Part shown: piece by piece, positions 9,770-23,561 of the stretch
Layout of the letters: each line of letters starts with the position of its first letter
Position numbering within the stretch: the first letter of the stretch is position 1
Source: Escherichia coli O157:H7
GTDB taxonomy: Bacteria > Pseudomonadota > Gammaproteobacteria > Enterobacterales > Enterobacteriaceae
Length of the DNA stretch: 64,000 nt
Reading direction: 5' to 3' (one strand)
Assembly (NCBI RefSeq): GCF_013167455.1
Contig: NZ_CP038328.1
Position numbers and translations under genes: made by a program
Notes under the pieces: model-generated
Told to the model about the DNA's origin: nothing
What the model saw: the letters and a program-made list of their open reading frames with translations, nothing else
Database searches by the model: none

Positions 9770-9985
9770 AACCAGGCCAAGCGTATGCTGGTTGATCAAA
9801 TAATATCCCCCAAGCGCAGCAATATTAATATTCACCTGCAATGGGTCGATATCTGGCTTAAAAATATTGTATTTCTTCCCTTCATCCAATAAGGATTCCA
9901 TTAACTGCAAGTGCGCATGGTTGATTTCTAAGAGACGCTGTGATTTTGCATAATGCACACCTTTACTTTGATTTTCACTATGCAC
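9770..9985 (-). pseudogene. ytfA: 5' fragment of ytfA (small alpha-helical ORF, possibly a TetR-like C-terminal remnant) interrupted by the IS
   Basis: ORF 9563..9985 begins [27 protein letters not shown] and reads into the IS left end after about 72 codons. Confidence 0.5.
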
Positions 9986-10331
9986 AATTTTTAAAAACCA
10001 GGGGTTAGCAATATAATAATCCCATGTAAAATCAATAATTTTCTCAATGGCTTTTTGTGGCTGGTTAACCTGCTGATTAACGAATACACCGATACCGACA
10101 GCGTAGAATAATTACATACCGCACAACAAGAATGTACGGTGTAAGGCGTGGAAGTCATTTTCTCCCCGGGTGCATCGTTATATCCATAATGAGCGATTTT
10201 TGATATTAATATCTTTCACCATCCGCTATTTTCACCACTTCAGAAAACAAACTTATTTTTATTAATATCGATTTTTTTCTGTGAACATTCAGCTGCGATA
10301 TTTATAAAAACATTAAACAGGTCACATTACA

Positions 10332-11126
10332 ATGACATTACCAACCACTATTTATTCATTTCCTGCATATTTATCTCGTTTTTCGTCCACCGACAAACCA
10401 GTAAAATTAAAATTTCATCAATACGCACGCGCTACATTACTTTCAAATCGTGGAAGAGATCATAATTGCGATGGCAGACGTACTGTTGAGATCCACAAAC
10501 TAGATCTCTCAGACTGGCAAGCATTCAATAAGTTAGCAACGAAGTGTAATGCTTACGATGGAGTAACAATGAATGGTGATAATTCTTTTGGATGGAACCA
10601 TGAAGCTACATTAGATAATATTCACGCCCAGAAATACAATAAAGCTTACGCGGGTGCGAGGTTAACCGCAGAACTGAAATATTTATTGCAAGATGTCGAA
10701 TCCTTCGAACCCAACAGTAAATACACAATACACGAAGTGGTTTTGGGACCTGGTTATGGTACTCCAGACTATACCGGCCAAACGATAGGATACGTTGTAA
10801 CCCTTCCTGCCCAAATGCCTAATTGCTGGTCATCTGAACTACCAACAATCGATCTTTATATCGACCAACTTCGCACTGTTACAGGCGTTTCTAATGCCCT
10901 CGGATTCATCATTGCTGCATTGCTAAACGCGTATTCTGATTTACCCCATGATTTGAAAATTGGTCTGCGTTCCTTATCAAGTTCAGCCGCAATCTACTCG
11001 GGTTTGGGTTTCGAGCGAGTGCCGCAGGAGCGAGACATCAGTTGCGCTCGTATGTATCTAACGCCAGCAAACCATCCTGACTTATGGACACAAGAGAATG
11101 GTGAATGGATCTACTTGCGAAACTAA
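10332..11126 (+). CDS. yjfZ: uncharacterised protein (264 aa)
   Basis: 264-aa ORF with AT-rich codon usage and an AT-rich upstream region. Confidence 0.75.
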   Translation: MTLPTTIYSFPAYLSRFSSTDKPVKLKFHQYARATLLSNRGRDHNCDGRRTVEIHKLDLSDWQAFNKLATKCNAYDGVTMNGDNSFGWNHEATLDNIHAQKYNKAYAGARLTAELKYLLQDVESFEPNSKYTIHEVVLGPGYGTPDYTGQTIGYVVTLPAQMPNCWSSELPTIDLYIDQLRTVTGVSNALGFIIAALLNAYSDLPHDLKIGLRSLSSSAAIYSGLGFERVPQERDISCARMYLTPANHPDLWTQENGEWIYLRN

Positions 11127-11152
11127 TACCTGACGAAAAATAGAAAGCAAAA

Positions 11153-11177
11153 CGCCGACCAGTGGTCGGCGTTTTTA
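11153..11177. terminator. bidirectional intrinsic terminator between yjfZ and rplI
   Basis: cgccgaccagtggtcggcg stem-loop followed by TTTTT on plus and a T-rich tract on minus. Confidence 0.6.
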
Positions 11178-11196
11178 CGTCTCGTTGAATAACGAA

Positions 11197-11658
<462 letters not shown>

Positions 11659-11687
11659 TCAAAGTCGTATTAATGGACCGTGACCGA

Positions 11688-12234
<547 letters not shown>

Positions 12235-12240
12235 CAGAAA

Positions 12241-12654
<414 letters not shown>

Positions 12655-12962
12655 TTATTCAGCCTCCTGTCTGGGTCAGCCGAATCCCGGGGAGGCAAGG
12701 AACGTGTTAAAGGTCGGCTGAAAAATGACGCGTTATAGTACTGACATACCCCGCTAAACTCAAGGCCAGCCGACAAATAAATCTCATCTTTCACCAAAGT
12801 GGACTAACACGCTGATTTGAAGTTCATCACACTTCATCATGGTGTTTTTTCGAACAACTGCATCAGAAATGGTCACCATCAACTTCTTTATCATTGATTA
12901 AAATTAAATCAGAAGATCATCACAGAGGAGAGCACACAAAGTCAGCCGTCGAGGAGGTATCT

Positions 12963-13238
12963 ATGTTCAGTCGAGTTTTAGCCCTTCTGGCTGTGCTTTT
13001 GCTAAGTGCAAATACATGGGCAGCCATTGAAATTAATAACCACCAGGCCAGAAATATGGACGATGTGCAAAGCTTAGGCGTGATTTATATCAATCATAAT
13101 TTCGCCACTGAAAGCGAAGCACGTCAGGCATTAAATGAAGAAACAGATGCGCAAGGCGCAACGTACTACCACGTAATTCTGATGCGGGAACCGGGGAGTA
13201 ACGGCAATATGCACGCCAGCGCGGATATTTATCGCTAG
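12963..13238 (+). CDS. yjfY: DUF1471 (YhcN-family) small secreted protein (91 aa)
   Basis: ORF 12894..13238; start at MFSRVLALLAVLL (signal peptide); C-terminal region similar to bsmA and yjfN. Confidence 0.75.
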   Translation: MFSRVLALLAVLLLSANTWAAIEINNHQARNMDDVQSLGVIYINHNFATESEARQALNEETDAQGATYYHVILMREPGSNGNMHASADIYR

Positions 13239-13278
13239 CACCAGGTATAACCAACGAAACATTGCCATAGTTTGCTTT

Positions 13279-13303
13279 GCCCCCTTCGCAGGGGGCTTTT
13301 TTT
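13279..13303 (+). terminator. intrinsic terminator after yjfY
   Basis: gcccccttcgcagggggc stem-loop followed by TTTTTTT. Confidence 0.6.
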
Positions 13304-13366
13304 GAAAAACGGCTGCGGAATTAGACCAGTTATCTCCCGAGGAAGGAAATTTCCGCAGCGCGTGTT

Positions 13367-14053
13367 CTACTTCTGCCCGTAATAAGCGTTGGGGCCGTGC
13401 TTACGCATGAAGTGTTTATTCATCAGGAAGCTGTCGATGTGATTGAGTTGTGGATTAATACTGCGCGCAATCCACGCCATTTTCGCCACTTCTTCCATCA
13501 CTACCGCGTTATGCACCGCGTCGTGGGCATCTTTCCCCCAGGCGAACGGTCCGTGCTGATACACCACAATTCCCGGCGTATGCAGCGGCTCGGCGTTGCC
13601 CAGCGTTTCGATAATCACTTTGCCAGTGTTCAGTTCATACTCACCCTGCACCTCTTCTTCGCTTAATCCACGCGTACACGGGATATCACCAAAGAAGTAG
13701 TCAGCGTGCGTGGTGCCTAACGCCGGGATCGCCAGCCCCGCCTGCGCCCATGCGGTAGCATGAGTGGAGTGGGTATGGACAATGCCGCCAAGCGACGGAT
13801 AACGACGGTAGAGTTCGAGATGCGTCGCGGTGTCGGAAGACGGACGATATTCCCCTTCCACCACCTTACCGCTCATATCGACCACCACCATATCGTCTGC
13901 TTTCATGGTTTCGTAGGCGACGCCGCTGGGCTTGATCACCACCAGCCCGCGTTCGCGGTCGATAGCGCTGACGTTGCCCCAGGTAAAGGTCACCAGCCCA
14001 TAGCGCGGCAGATCCATGTTGGCTTCAAACACCTGCTGTTTTAGCTTTTGCAT
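13367..14053 (-). CDS. ulaF: L-ribulose-5-phosphate 4-epimerase (228 aa)
   Basis: ORF 13367..14101; start at [16 protein letters not shown]; class II aldolase/epimerase fold. Confidence 0.85.
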
Positions 14054-14907
14054 TATGCCGCCTCCACCATGCCCGCTTTCGCCATGCGCGCTTTCACCCA
14101 ATCACGCGCTTTCGCCACTTCTGCCGCCGGGTCTTCCGCCGTTTCGCTCCACATCTCAATCAGGTACGGCCCGCAATAGCCACTCTGTTTGAGCGTTTCG
14201 AAGCAACGTTCGAAATCCACCACACCTTCGCCAAATGGCACGTTTTTGAAGACGCCCGGTTTGGTGTCTTTCACATGTACCGCGACGATATGCCCGATTC
14301 CGGCCTGCAACTCCATCTGCACATCGTTGTCCCACGCCGACAGGTTGCCGATATCCGGGTAGAGCTGGAACCACGGATTGTTGAGATAGTGCGCGTAGCC
14401 CAGCGCCTTGCTGATGGAGTTCATCAACGGATAATCCATGATCTCCATCGCCAGCGTCACCTGCGCGCGGCTCGCCATCTCAACGCTCTCTTTCAGGCCG
14501 TCACGGAAACGACGACGCGTTTCGTTATTGGCTTCCTGATAGTAAACGTCATAGCCCGCCAGTTGGATCACGCGAATACCAACGTCCTGGGCGAACTGGA
14601 TAGCTTTACGCATAATCTCCAGCCCCTGCGCCCGCACCGCGTCATCTTCACTGCCCAGCGGGAAACGACGATGAGCAGAAAAGCACATGGACGGCACGCG
14701 CACGCCGGTTTCAACAATCGCATTCACCAGCGCCAGACGCTGCTCGCGGCTCCAGTCGAGGCGCGACAGGCGCTCGTCCGTTTCATCTACCGACATCTCG
14801 ACAAAATCGAAGCCCAACGTTTTTGCCAGTTGCAGGCGTTCCAGCCAGCACTCCCCGGCGGGGAGCGCTTTTTCATAGATGCCAAGCGGGATTTGTTTGG
14901 ACAACAT
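14053..14907 (-). CDS. ulaE: L-ribulose-5-phosphate 3-epimerase (284 aa)
   Basis: 284-aa ORF recognised as UlaE; start/stop overlap with ulaF. Confidence 0.85.
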
Positions 14908-14916
14908 ATCCGCTCC

Positions 14917-15567
14917 TTAGCCCCACAGTTCGGCGATGGAACGTTTGAACTGACGTGCGGCTTCCACCGGAGAAGCGGCATCACGGATACTACGGCCCGC
15001 GATAAAGACGTGAATCGGAATGCCTTTGAACAGCGGCAGATCTTCCAGCGCCAGGCCACCAGTGACGGTGACTTTGAAGCCCATATCGGAAAGACGTTTG
15101 ATCGCGGTGATGTCCGCTTCGCCCCACGCCACGCCTGCGGCCTGCGCGTCACGGCTGCGGTGATAAACCACCTGCTGAATACCTGCGTCGCGCCACTGTT
15201 GCGCCTGTTCCCAGGTCCAGTAACCGGTCAGTTCGATCTGCACGTCGCCGTTAAACTCTTTTGCCACGTCCAGCGCGCCTTTGGCGGTGTTGATATCCGC
15301 ACAGCAAATTACCGTCACCCAGTCAGCGTTGGCTTCGAAGCACATACGCGAAAGGATTTTGCCTGCATCGGCAATTTTGGCGTCTGCCAGTACGATTTTG
15401 TGCGGGTAGAGCGCTTTCAGGTCACGAACCGCACGCACGCCTTCGCCCACGCACAGAATGGTGCCCACTTCGATAATGTCGACTTCTTCGGCAATCAGGC
15501 GAGTGGTTTCGTAGGCGCTATCCATAGTCTGGTTGTCCAGCGCGACTTGCAACATCGGTAATGACAT
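14917..15567 (-). CDS. ulaD: 3-keto-L-gulonate-6-phosphate decarboxylase (216 aa)
   Basis: ORF 14917..15765; start at [13 protein letters not shown]. Confidence 0.85.
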   Translation of the reverse strand: MSLPMLQVALDNQTMDSAYETTRLIAEEVDIIEVGTILCVGEGVRAVRDLKALYPHKIVLADAKIADAGKILSRMCFEANADWVTVICCADINTAKGALDVAKEFNGDVQIELTGYWTWEQAQQWRDAGIQQVVYHRSRDAQAAGVAWGEADITAIKRLSDMGFKVTVTGGLALEDLPLFKGIPIHVFIAGRSIRDAASPVEAARQFKRSIAELWG

Positions 15568-15580
15568 GTTCAATTCCTTC

Positions 15581-16045
15581 TTAAGCTGCCGCGTTGGTGC
15601 GGTCAATGAGATCCAGTACTTCCTGCTCGGTACGGCAGGCGCGTAAACGGTCAAAATTCTCTTCATCTTCAAACAGGTTGACGATCTGCATGATGCCCAC
15701 TTCCTGGTGAGTATTGGCATCGACCGCCGCCATGGTGATGAGGATATCCACCGGATCGTTGTCATCGTGGTTGAACTCCAGCGGCTTTTTCAGCGTTACC
15801 AGAGAGAAACCGGTTTTCTTAACGCCCTCTTCCGGACGCCCGTGCGGCATTGCCAGGCCCGGAGCGATAACGAAATAAGGACCGAACTGTTCAACGCCAT
15901 CCAGAATCGCCTGGTAGTAACGCGGCTCTACCACATCTGCCGCCACCAGCAGGTCAACGCCGATTTTCACCGCTTCCTGCCATGTCTCTGCTTCAGCCTG
16001 CAGACGGATGGATTTATTTTCAGCCAGCGAATCACGTAATTTCAT
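15581..16045 (-). CDS. ulaC: ascorbate-specific PTS EIIA component (154 aa)
   Basis: 154-aa ORF recognised as UlaC. Confidence 0.85.
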   Translation of the reverse strand: MKLRDSLAENKSIRLQAEAETWQEAVKIGVDLLVAADVVEPRYYQAILDGVEQFGPYFVIAPGLAMPHGRPEEGVKKTGFSLVTLKKPLEFNHDDNDPVDILITMAAVDANTHQEVGIMQIVNLFEDEENFDRLRACRTEQEVLDLIDRTNAAA

Positions 16046-16054
16046 GGCGCGTCC

Positions 16055-16360
16055 TTACTTCACGTCCTGCGGGAAATGCTCTTTGATCACTTCCAGCAGT
16101 TTCGGGCCAAAGTCGGCAGGAGAGAGCATGTTGCGCACGCCAACCACGTATTTGTTGCCGGTCACGGTGATTTCGCCCGCAATGTGCGTAGAAGCGATGA
16201 TGATATCCGCGCCACTCAACTCGCTTTTGTACTCGCCAACCGCGCAGCTGTTTACCGTATGGTCAATGTTTGATTGGGTTAAAAACTGGTCCACTTTCAT
16301 CTTCATGATCATGGAACTGCCTTGTCCGTTGCCACACACAGCCAGAATACGTACGGTCAT
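16055..16360 (-). CDS. ulaB: ascorbate-specific PTS EIIB component (101 aa)
   Basis: ORF with active-site Cys motif [10 protein letters not shown]. Confidence 0.85.
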
Positions 16361-16375
16361 AATCAAAACTCCTTA

Positions 16376-18127
<1,752 letters not shown>

Positions 18128-19192
18128 ATGAGTAAAGTGAAAAGTATCACCCGTGAATCCTGGATCCTGAGCACTTTCCCGGAGTGGGGTAGCTGGTTGA
18201 ATGAAGAAATTGAACAAGAACAGGTCGCTCCTGGCACATTTGCGATGTGGTGGCTTGGCTGCACCGGGATCTGGTTGAAATCGGAAGGTGGCACCAACGT
18301 TTGCGTTGATTTCTGGTGCGGCACTGGCAAACAAAGTCACGGTAACCCGTTAATGAAACAGGGTCACCAGATGCAGCGCATGGCTGGCGTGAAAAAACTG
18401 CAGCCAAACCTGCGTACCACCCCGTTTGTTCTTGATCCGTTTGCGATTCGCCAGATCGACGCGGTACTGGCGACTCACGATCACAACGATCATATCGACG
18501 TTAACGTCGCTGCTGCCGTGATGCAGAACTGTGCTGATGACGTACCGTTTATCGGACCGAAAACCTGTGTGGATTTGTGGATTGGCTGGGGCGTACCGAA
18601 AGAGCGTTGCATCGTGGTCAAACCGGGCGATGTAGTAAAAGTGAAAGACATTGAAATTCATGCGCTTGATGCTTTCGACCGTACTGCACTGATCACCCTG
18701 CCTGCCGATCAAAAAGCGGCTGGCGTACTGCCAGATGGCATGGACGATCGCGCGGTGAACTACCTGTTCAAAACGCCTGGCGGCTCCCTGTATCACAGCG
18801 GCGACTCCCACTACTCTAACTATTATGCGAAGCACGGTAACGAACATCAGATCGACGTGGCGTTAGGATCGTACGGCGAAAACCCGCGCGGTATCACCGA
18901 CAAGATGACCAGCGCCGATATGCTGCGTATGGGTGAAGCGCTGAATGCGAAAGTGGTTATCCCGTTCCACCACGATATCTGGTCAAACTTCCAGGCCGAT
19001 CCGCAAGAGATCCGCGTGCTGTGGGAGATGAAAAAAGATCGTCTGAAGTATGGCTTCAAGCCGTTTATCTGGCAGGTGGGCGGCAAATTTACCTGGCCGC
19101 TGGATAAAGACAACTTCGAGTACCACTATCCGCGCGGTTTCGATGATTGCTTCACTATTGAACCGGATCTGCCGTTCAAGTCATTCCTGTAA
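18128..19192 (+). CDS. ulaG: L-ascorbate-6-phosphate lactonase, metallo-beta-lactamase fold (354 aa)
   Basis: ORF 18122..19192; HxHxDH motif ([10 protein letters not shown]). Confidence 0.85.
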
Positions 19193-19299
19193 TCTGTCGT
19201 TTATACCGGATAGCGTGGAGAAGTTCGCGCTATCCGGCGTAGTATTTCCTGGCTATTTCAAATATCATCTAAAAAAATCAAATTTTATCGGAATAGCTC

Positions 19300-20055
19300 A
19301 TGACTGAAGCACAAAGACATCAAATCCTCCTGGAAATGCTCGCACAATTGGGCTTTGTGACCGTTGAGAAAGTCGTTGAGCGTCTGGGAATTTCGCCTGC
19401 CACTGCGCGACGCGATATCAATAAACTTGACGAAAGCGGCAAACTGAAAAAAGTGCGCAATGGTGCAGAAGCTATTACCCAACAGCGCCCGCGCTGGACG
19501 CCGATGAATCTGCATCAGGCGCAGAATCACGATGAAAAAGTACGTATCGCTAAAGCGGCCTCGCAGCTGGTTAATCCGGGCGAAAGCGTAGTCATCAACT
19601 GCGGCTCCACCGCGTTTCTGCTTGGGCGGGAAATGTGTGGCAAGCCAGTGCAAATCATCACTAATTATCTACCGCTGGCAAATTACCTGATCGATCAAGA
19701 ACATGACAGCGTGATCATTATGGGCGGACAGTACAACAAAAGTCAGTCCATCACTTTAAGCCCGCAGGGCAGCGAAAACAGTCTCTATGCCGGGCACTGG
19801 ATGTTTACCAGCGGAAAAGGGCTGACCGCAGAAGGGTTGTATAAAACCGATATGCTGACAGCAATGGCAGAGCAGAAGATGCTGAGCGTGGTAGGGAAAC
19901 TGGTGGTACTGGTTGATAGCAGTAAGATTGGCGAACGCGCGGGAATGCTTTTTAGCCGTGCCGATCAAATCGATATGCTTATCACCGGCAAAAATGCTAA
20001 CCCGGAAATCCTGCAACAACTGGAAGCGCAAGGGGTCAGCATTCTGCGTGTTTAA
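19300..20055 (+). CDS. ulaR: DeoR-family repressor of the ula regulon (251 aa)
   Basis: N-terminal HTH ([10 protein letters not shown]) and DeoR C-terminal domain. Confidence 0.85.
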
Positions 20056-20801
20056 AGATGCTGGCGGAAAAATGTCACGGCAGCATCTAACGCCTCAGGC
20101 GTAATGCGGTGACGCACGCCTGGCTGCCATGAACAGGTTAGCAGTTTATCCCGTCCCGTCTCGCTTAAGGCCTGCTGCAAACGTAGTGATTCGTCGGCAG
20201 GCACAACGTCATCGTCGAGGCCATACCACAGCAGTAGAGGTCTGTCACTAAGTTGTTCCAGGTGGTTTGTCGCTTCCCACTCTGCCAGTGGCGCGACAAT
20301 GTTATTGAATTCATTCTGCTGTGCTACCGTTTCAGGTATCAGCGGTGGAAACAGTGAACGGGCGAGTGATGTAAAATAGCCCGATCCCATCATGCTGGCG
20401 GTACATCTCACCGTGGGGTGGCGAGCGGTAATCCCCAGTGCCGTCATCGCGCCCATCGACGCACCACCGACTGCCAGACGGTCATCAAGCAGCCACTTTT
20501 CTTCGGCTATTGCCGCACGTAAAGTAGTGAATTCCTGCATACTTTGTAGCAAGATTTGCCAGAATTGATTTAACCGCCGCGCTGCGTCACCACTAAAACG
20601 GCTACCGTGATCGGGCGCATCCGGCATGATCACCCGCAAACCAGCCTGCGCCAGCGCAACGGCAAAATAGCTATACACCAGACTGGACGAAGTAAAGCCG
20701 TGATAAAAAATCACGCACGGTAACGGGGTATCTTTTTGTCCGACAGGATAAGCATGAAGAACGGGAATATCTGCCAGCTCGCGTGATTCTATTTCAATCA
20801 T
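20052..20801 (-). CDS. yjfP: alpha/beta-hydrolase esterase (249 aa)
   Basis: GASMG nucleophile-elbow motif. Confidence 0.8.
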
Positions 20802-20982
20802 CTGTCTCTCCTTTTTGTCTGGTATGACATGAAGAAATCCTTAGCACAAGTTTCTGCTGGCGGTATTAGTTCATAATGTTGAGATGTGGGTTACGCTTTC
20901 GTCACGTTTTCATTCGAAAATCGCGTACCAGGTAACAATTCGGGAACATTCCCCCAAAGTTAAATTAATAAGGCACTACACT

Positions 20983-21312
20983 ATGGTTAGCAGGAAACGT
21001 AATAGCGTTATTTACCGGTTTGCCAGTTTATTATTGGTGTTGATGTTAAGTGCCTGTAGCGCACTGCAAGGTACGCCACAGCCAGCACCGCCAGTAACGG
21101 ACCATCCGCAAGAGATTCGCCGCGACCAGACGCAAGGGTTACAGCGAATAGGTAGCGTAAGCACAATGGTTCGGGGTTCTCCGGATGACGCATTAGCAGA
21201 AATCAGAGCAAAAGCTGTCGCTGCAAAAGCTGATTATTACGTTGTCGTCATGGTGGACGAAACCATCGTGACAGGACAGTGGTATTCACAAGCCATTTTG
21301 TACCGTAAATAA
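20983..21312 (+). CDS. bsmA: DUF1471 lipoprotein linked to biofilm stress and motility (109 aa)
   Basis: ORF 20884..21312; start at MVSRKRNSVIYRF; lipobox LSAC; DUF1471-like C-terminus. Confidence 0.75.
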   Translation: MVSRKRNSVIYRFASLLLVLMLSACSALQGTPQPAPPVTDHPQEIRRDQTQGLQRIGSVSTMVRGSPDDALAEIRAKAVAAKADYYVVVMVDETIVTGQWYSQAILYRK

Positions 21313-21460
21313 ATCAGACAACTTACATAGTCAGCTTTACATTGCTTTGCGTCCCTATGCGTTTACCTGTGCACAATAAATTACCGGCTGGAAGCCTGGG
21401 CGTTTATTACCGCGATGGAATGCCCTGCAACATGTGGGGAAACGAAAAATGGAGCTGACG

Positions 21461-21736
21461 ATGAAACAATTACTTGCCTCACCCTCGCTGCAATTAGTGA
21501 CTTATCCTGCGAGCGCCACGGCACAGTCTGCAGAATTCGCCAGTGCTGACTGCGTGACGGGCCTGAATGAAATAGGTCAGATCTCAGTTAGCAATATTTC
21601 AGGGGATCCGCAGGACGTGGAACGTATCGTGGCGTTAAAGGCCGATGAACAAGGTGCGTCATGGTACCGCATTATTACCATGTACGAAGACCAGCAGCCT
21701 GATAACTGGCGCGTACAGGCGATACTGTATGCATGA
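21461..21736 (+). CDS. yjfN: DUF1471 small secreted protein (91 aa)
   Basis: ORF 21434..21736; start at MKQLLASPSL; C-terminus similar to bsmA and yjfY. Confidence 0.7.
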   Translation: MKQLLASPSLQLVTYPASATAQSAEFASADCVTGLNEIGQISVSNISGDPQDVERIVALKADEQGASWYRIITMYEDQQPDNWRVQAILYA

Positions 21737-21752
21737 GTGTCATCTACAGCAA

Positions 21753-21790
21753 ATGAACAATGCCGGATGCGGCGCGAGCGCCTTGTCCGG
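21753..21790. repeat. REP element
   Basis: gccggatgcggcgcgagcgccttgtccggcctaca matches the REP consensus. Confidence 0.55.
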
Positions 21791-21852
21791 CCTACAATTT
21801 TCACATATTTCATTTAGTTAATCGAAACCAGCGTCGCATCAGTCGTATACGC

Positions 21853-23478
21853 TTACACACACACTCCCCCCGTCGCCCGCAGCAATAAATCATTCTGGAT
21901 CTGCTCTGACAACCGTACGCCGCCGCGCGTATCTAACATCACCTGACACCACGCCTGCGCCATTGGCGGAGAAGCATATTTCAACATTTGCGCACCGCAG
22001 CCCAGCAGGAATAGCTGATGAGTAATCTCTCGCCCCAGTTCTTCAGCTGGCTTACGCAGCTGCTGCTGTAAACGACGAACCGCGCAATCAAAATAGCGAT
22101 CCTGCCCTTTCACTTCTACAAATGCTTCCGACAATAAGTCGTATACGCCCGCTTGCTTATTGAGAACGCGCAGCACATCCAGGCACATAATATTGCCGGA
22201 ACCTTCCCAAATACTGTTTACCGGCATCTCCCGGTAAAGCCGCGGCAGCTCGCTCTCCTCGCAATAACCAATGCCGCCCAGCACCTCCATCGCTTCGGCC
22301 ACAAACGGCATACCTCGTTTGCAGATCACAAATTTTGCCGCAGGCGTAAATAAACGCGCCCACAGAGCTTCTTTGGCATCGGCGCGCCGGTCCCACGCTC
22401 GCGCAAGACGAAACAGCAACGCCGTTTGCCCTTCAAGCTGAAGTGCCATGCGACTTAAGACATGACGCATAAGGGGCTGTTGGATCAATGGATTACCAAA
22501 AACATGGCGTTGATGCGCATGATAAATCGCCAGCGAGAACGCACGGCGCATCATGGCATGGCTACCCAGGGCGCAATCAAAACGCGTCATCCCCCCCATT
22601 TTCAGGATCAGACGAATTCCTTCCCCTTCCTGCCCCAATAACCAGCCAATGGCATCCTGAAACTCCACTTCACAACTGGCGTTAGAGCGATTACCCAGCT
22701 TATCTTTCAGCCGCTCGAGGCGAATCGCGTTGCGTTGCCCGTCAGGCAAAAAGCGCGGCACAAAAAAGCAGGACAAACCGCCCGCGGTCTGCGCCAGCAC
22801 CAGATGCGCATCGCTTTGCGGAACTGAGAAAAACCATTTATGCCCCACCAGCCGATAAGAGCCATCCTCCAGACGCTCTGCGCGGGTGGTGTTGCTCATG
22901 ACATCGGAACCGCCCTGCTTTTCCGTCATTCCCATGCCAATCAACAAACCGCGTTTTTGCCCACCTGGCAATAAGTGAGAATCGTAGCGATCGCTCAACA
23001 GCGGTGTGGTCCAGTCCTGAAACGGCGCGGGTAACATCTGTAACAACAATGGCGTGGCGGCAAAGGTCATGGTTATCGGACATAACGACCCCGCCTCAAC
23101 CTGTGCGTGCAACATAAAACGCGCCGCGCGCGCCACAAATGCGCCGGAGCGAGCGTCTTCTTCCCAGGCAAGATTGTGCACCCGATTGGTACATAGTGCC
23201 TGCATCAGCAGGTGCCAGGCGGGGTGAAAACGCACATCGTCCAGACGGCGTCCTTGCGCATCGTAGCGCAACAGTTCAGGCGGATTCACATTCGCCAGCC
23301 GCCCCAGTTCAAGGGATTCAGCCGTTCCTAACTGCTGACCAATACTGGCTAGAAAATCGCTATCCCAGCCAGCACCTTCACGCGTTACCGCTTCGCAAAG
23401 CGCGCCATCAGACAGGTATAAGTTGCTGTTATTTAATGGTATAGGTTGATTAAAAACGGTGTGAGTTTGCCAGTGCAC
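21853..23478 (-). CDS. aidB: acyl-CoA dehydrogenase-family adaptive-response protein AidB (541 aa, GTG start)
   Basis: ORF 21853..23496; acyl-CoA dehydrogenase fold; start inferred at VHWQTHTVFNQ. Confidence 0.85.
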   Translation of the reverse strand: MHWQTHTVFNQPIPLNNSNLYLSDGALCEAVTREGAGWDSDFLASIGQQLGTAESLELGRLANVNPPELLRYDAQGRRLDDVRFHPAWHLLMQALCTNRVHNLAWEEDARSGAFVARAARFMLHAQVEAGSLCPITMTFAATPLLLQMLPAPFQDWTTPLLSDRYDSHLLPGGQKRGLLIGMGMTEKQGGSDVMSNTTRAERLEDGSYRLVGHKWFFSVPQSDAHLVLAQTAGGLSCFFVPRFLPDGQRNAIRLERLKDKLGNRSNASCEVEFQDAIGWLLGQEGEGIRLILKMGGMTRFDCALGSHAMMRRAFSLAIYHAHQRHVFGNPLIQQPLMRHVLSRMALQLEGQTALLFRLARAWDRRADAKEALWARLFTPAAKFVICKRGMPFVAEAMEVLGGIGYCEESELPRLYREMPVNSIWEGSGNIMCLDVLRVLNKQAGVYDLLSEAFVEVKGQDRYFDCAVRRLQQQLRKPAEELGREITHQLFLLGCGAQMLKYASPPMAQAWCQVMLDTRGGVRLSEQIQNDLLLRATGGVCV

Positions 23479-23561
23479 TGTGTCTCCCTCCATCAATGGC
23501 AGTCACCATTAGTATGGTCACTGCCATGGATTCATGACAGAAAGAGATTGCTAAAACATTC

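Noticed and set aside
14275-15561. 428-aa plus-strand ORF
   Set aside because: Entirely antisense to ulaE/ulaD with Arg/His-rich low-complexity composition; a shadow ORF in GC-rich coding sequence
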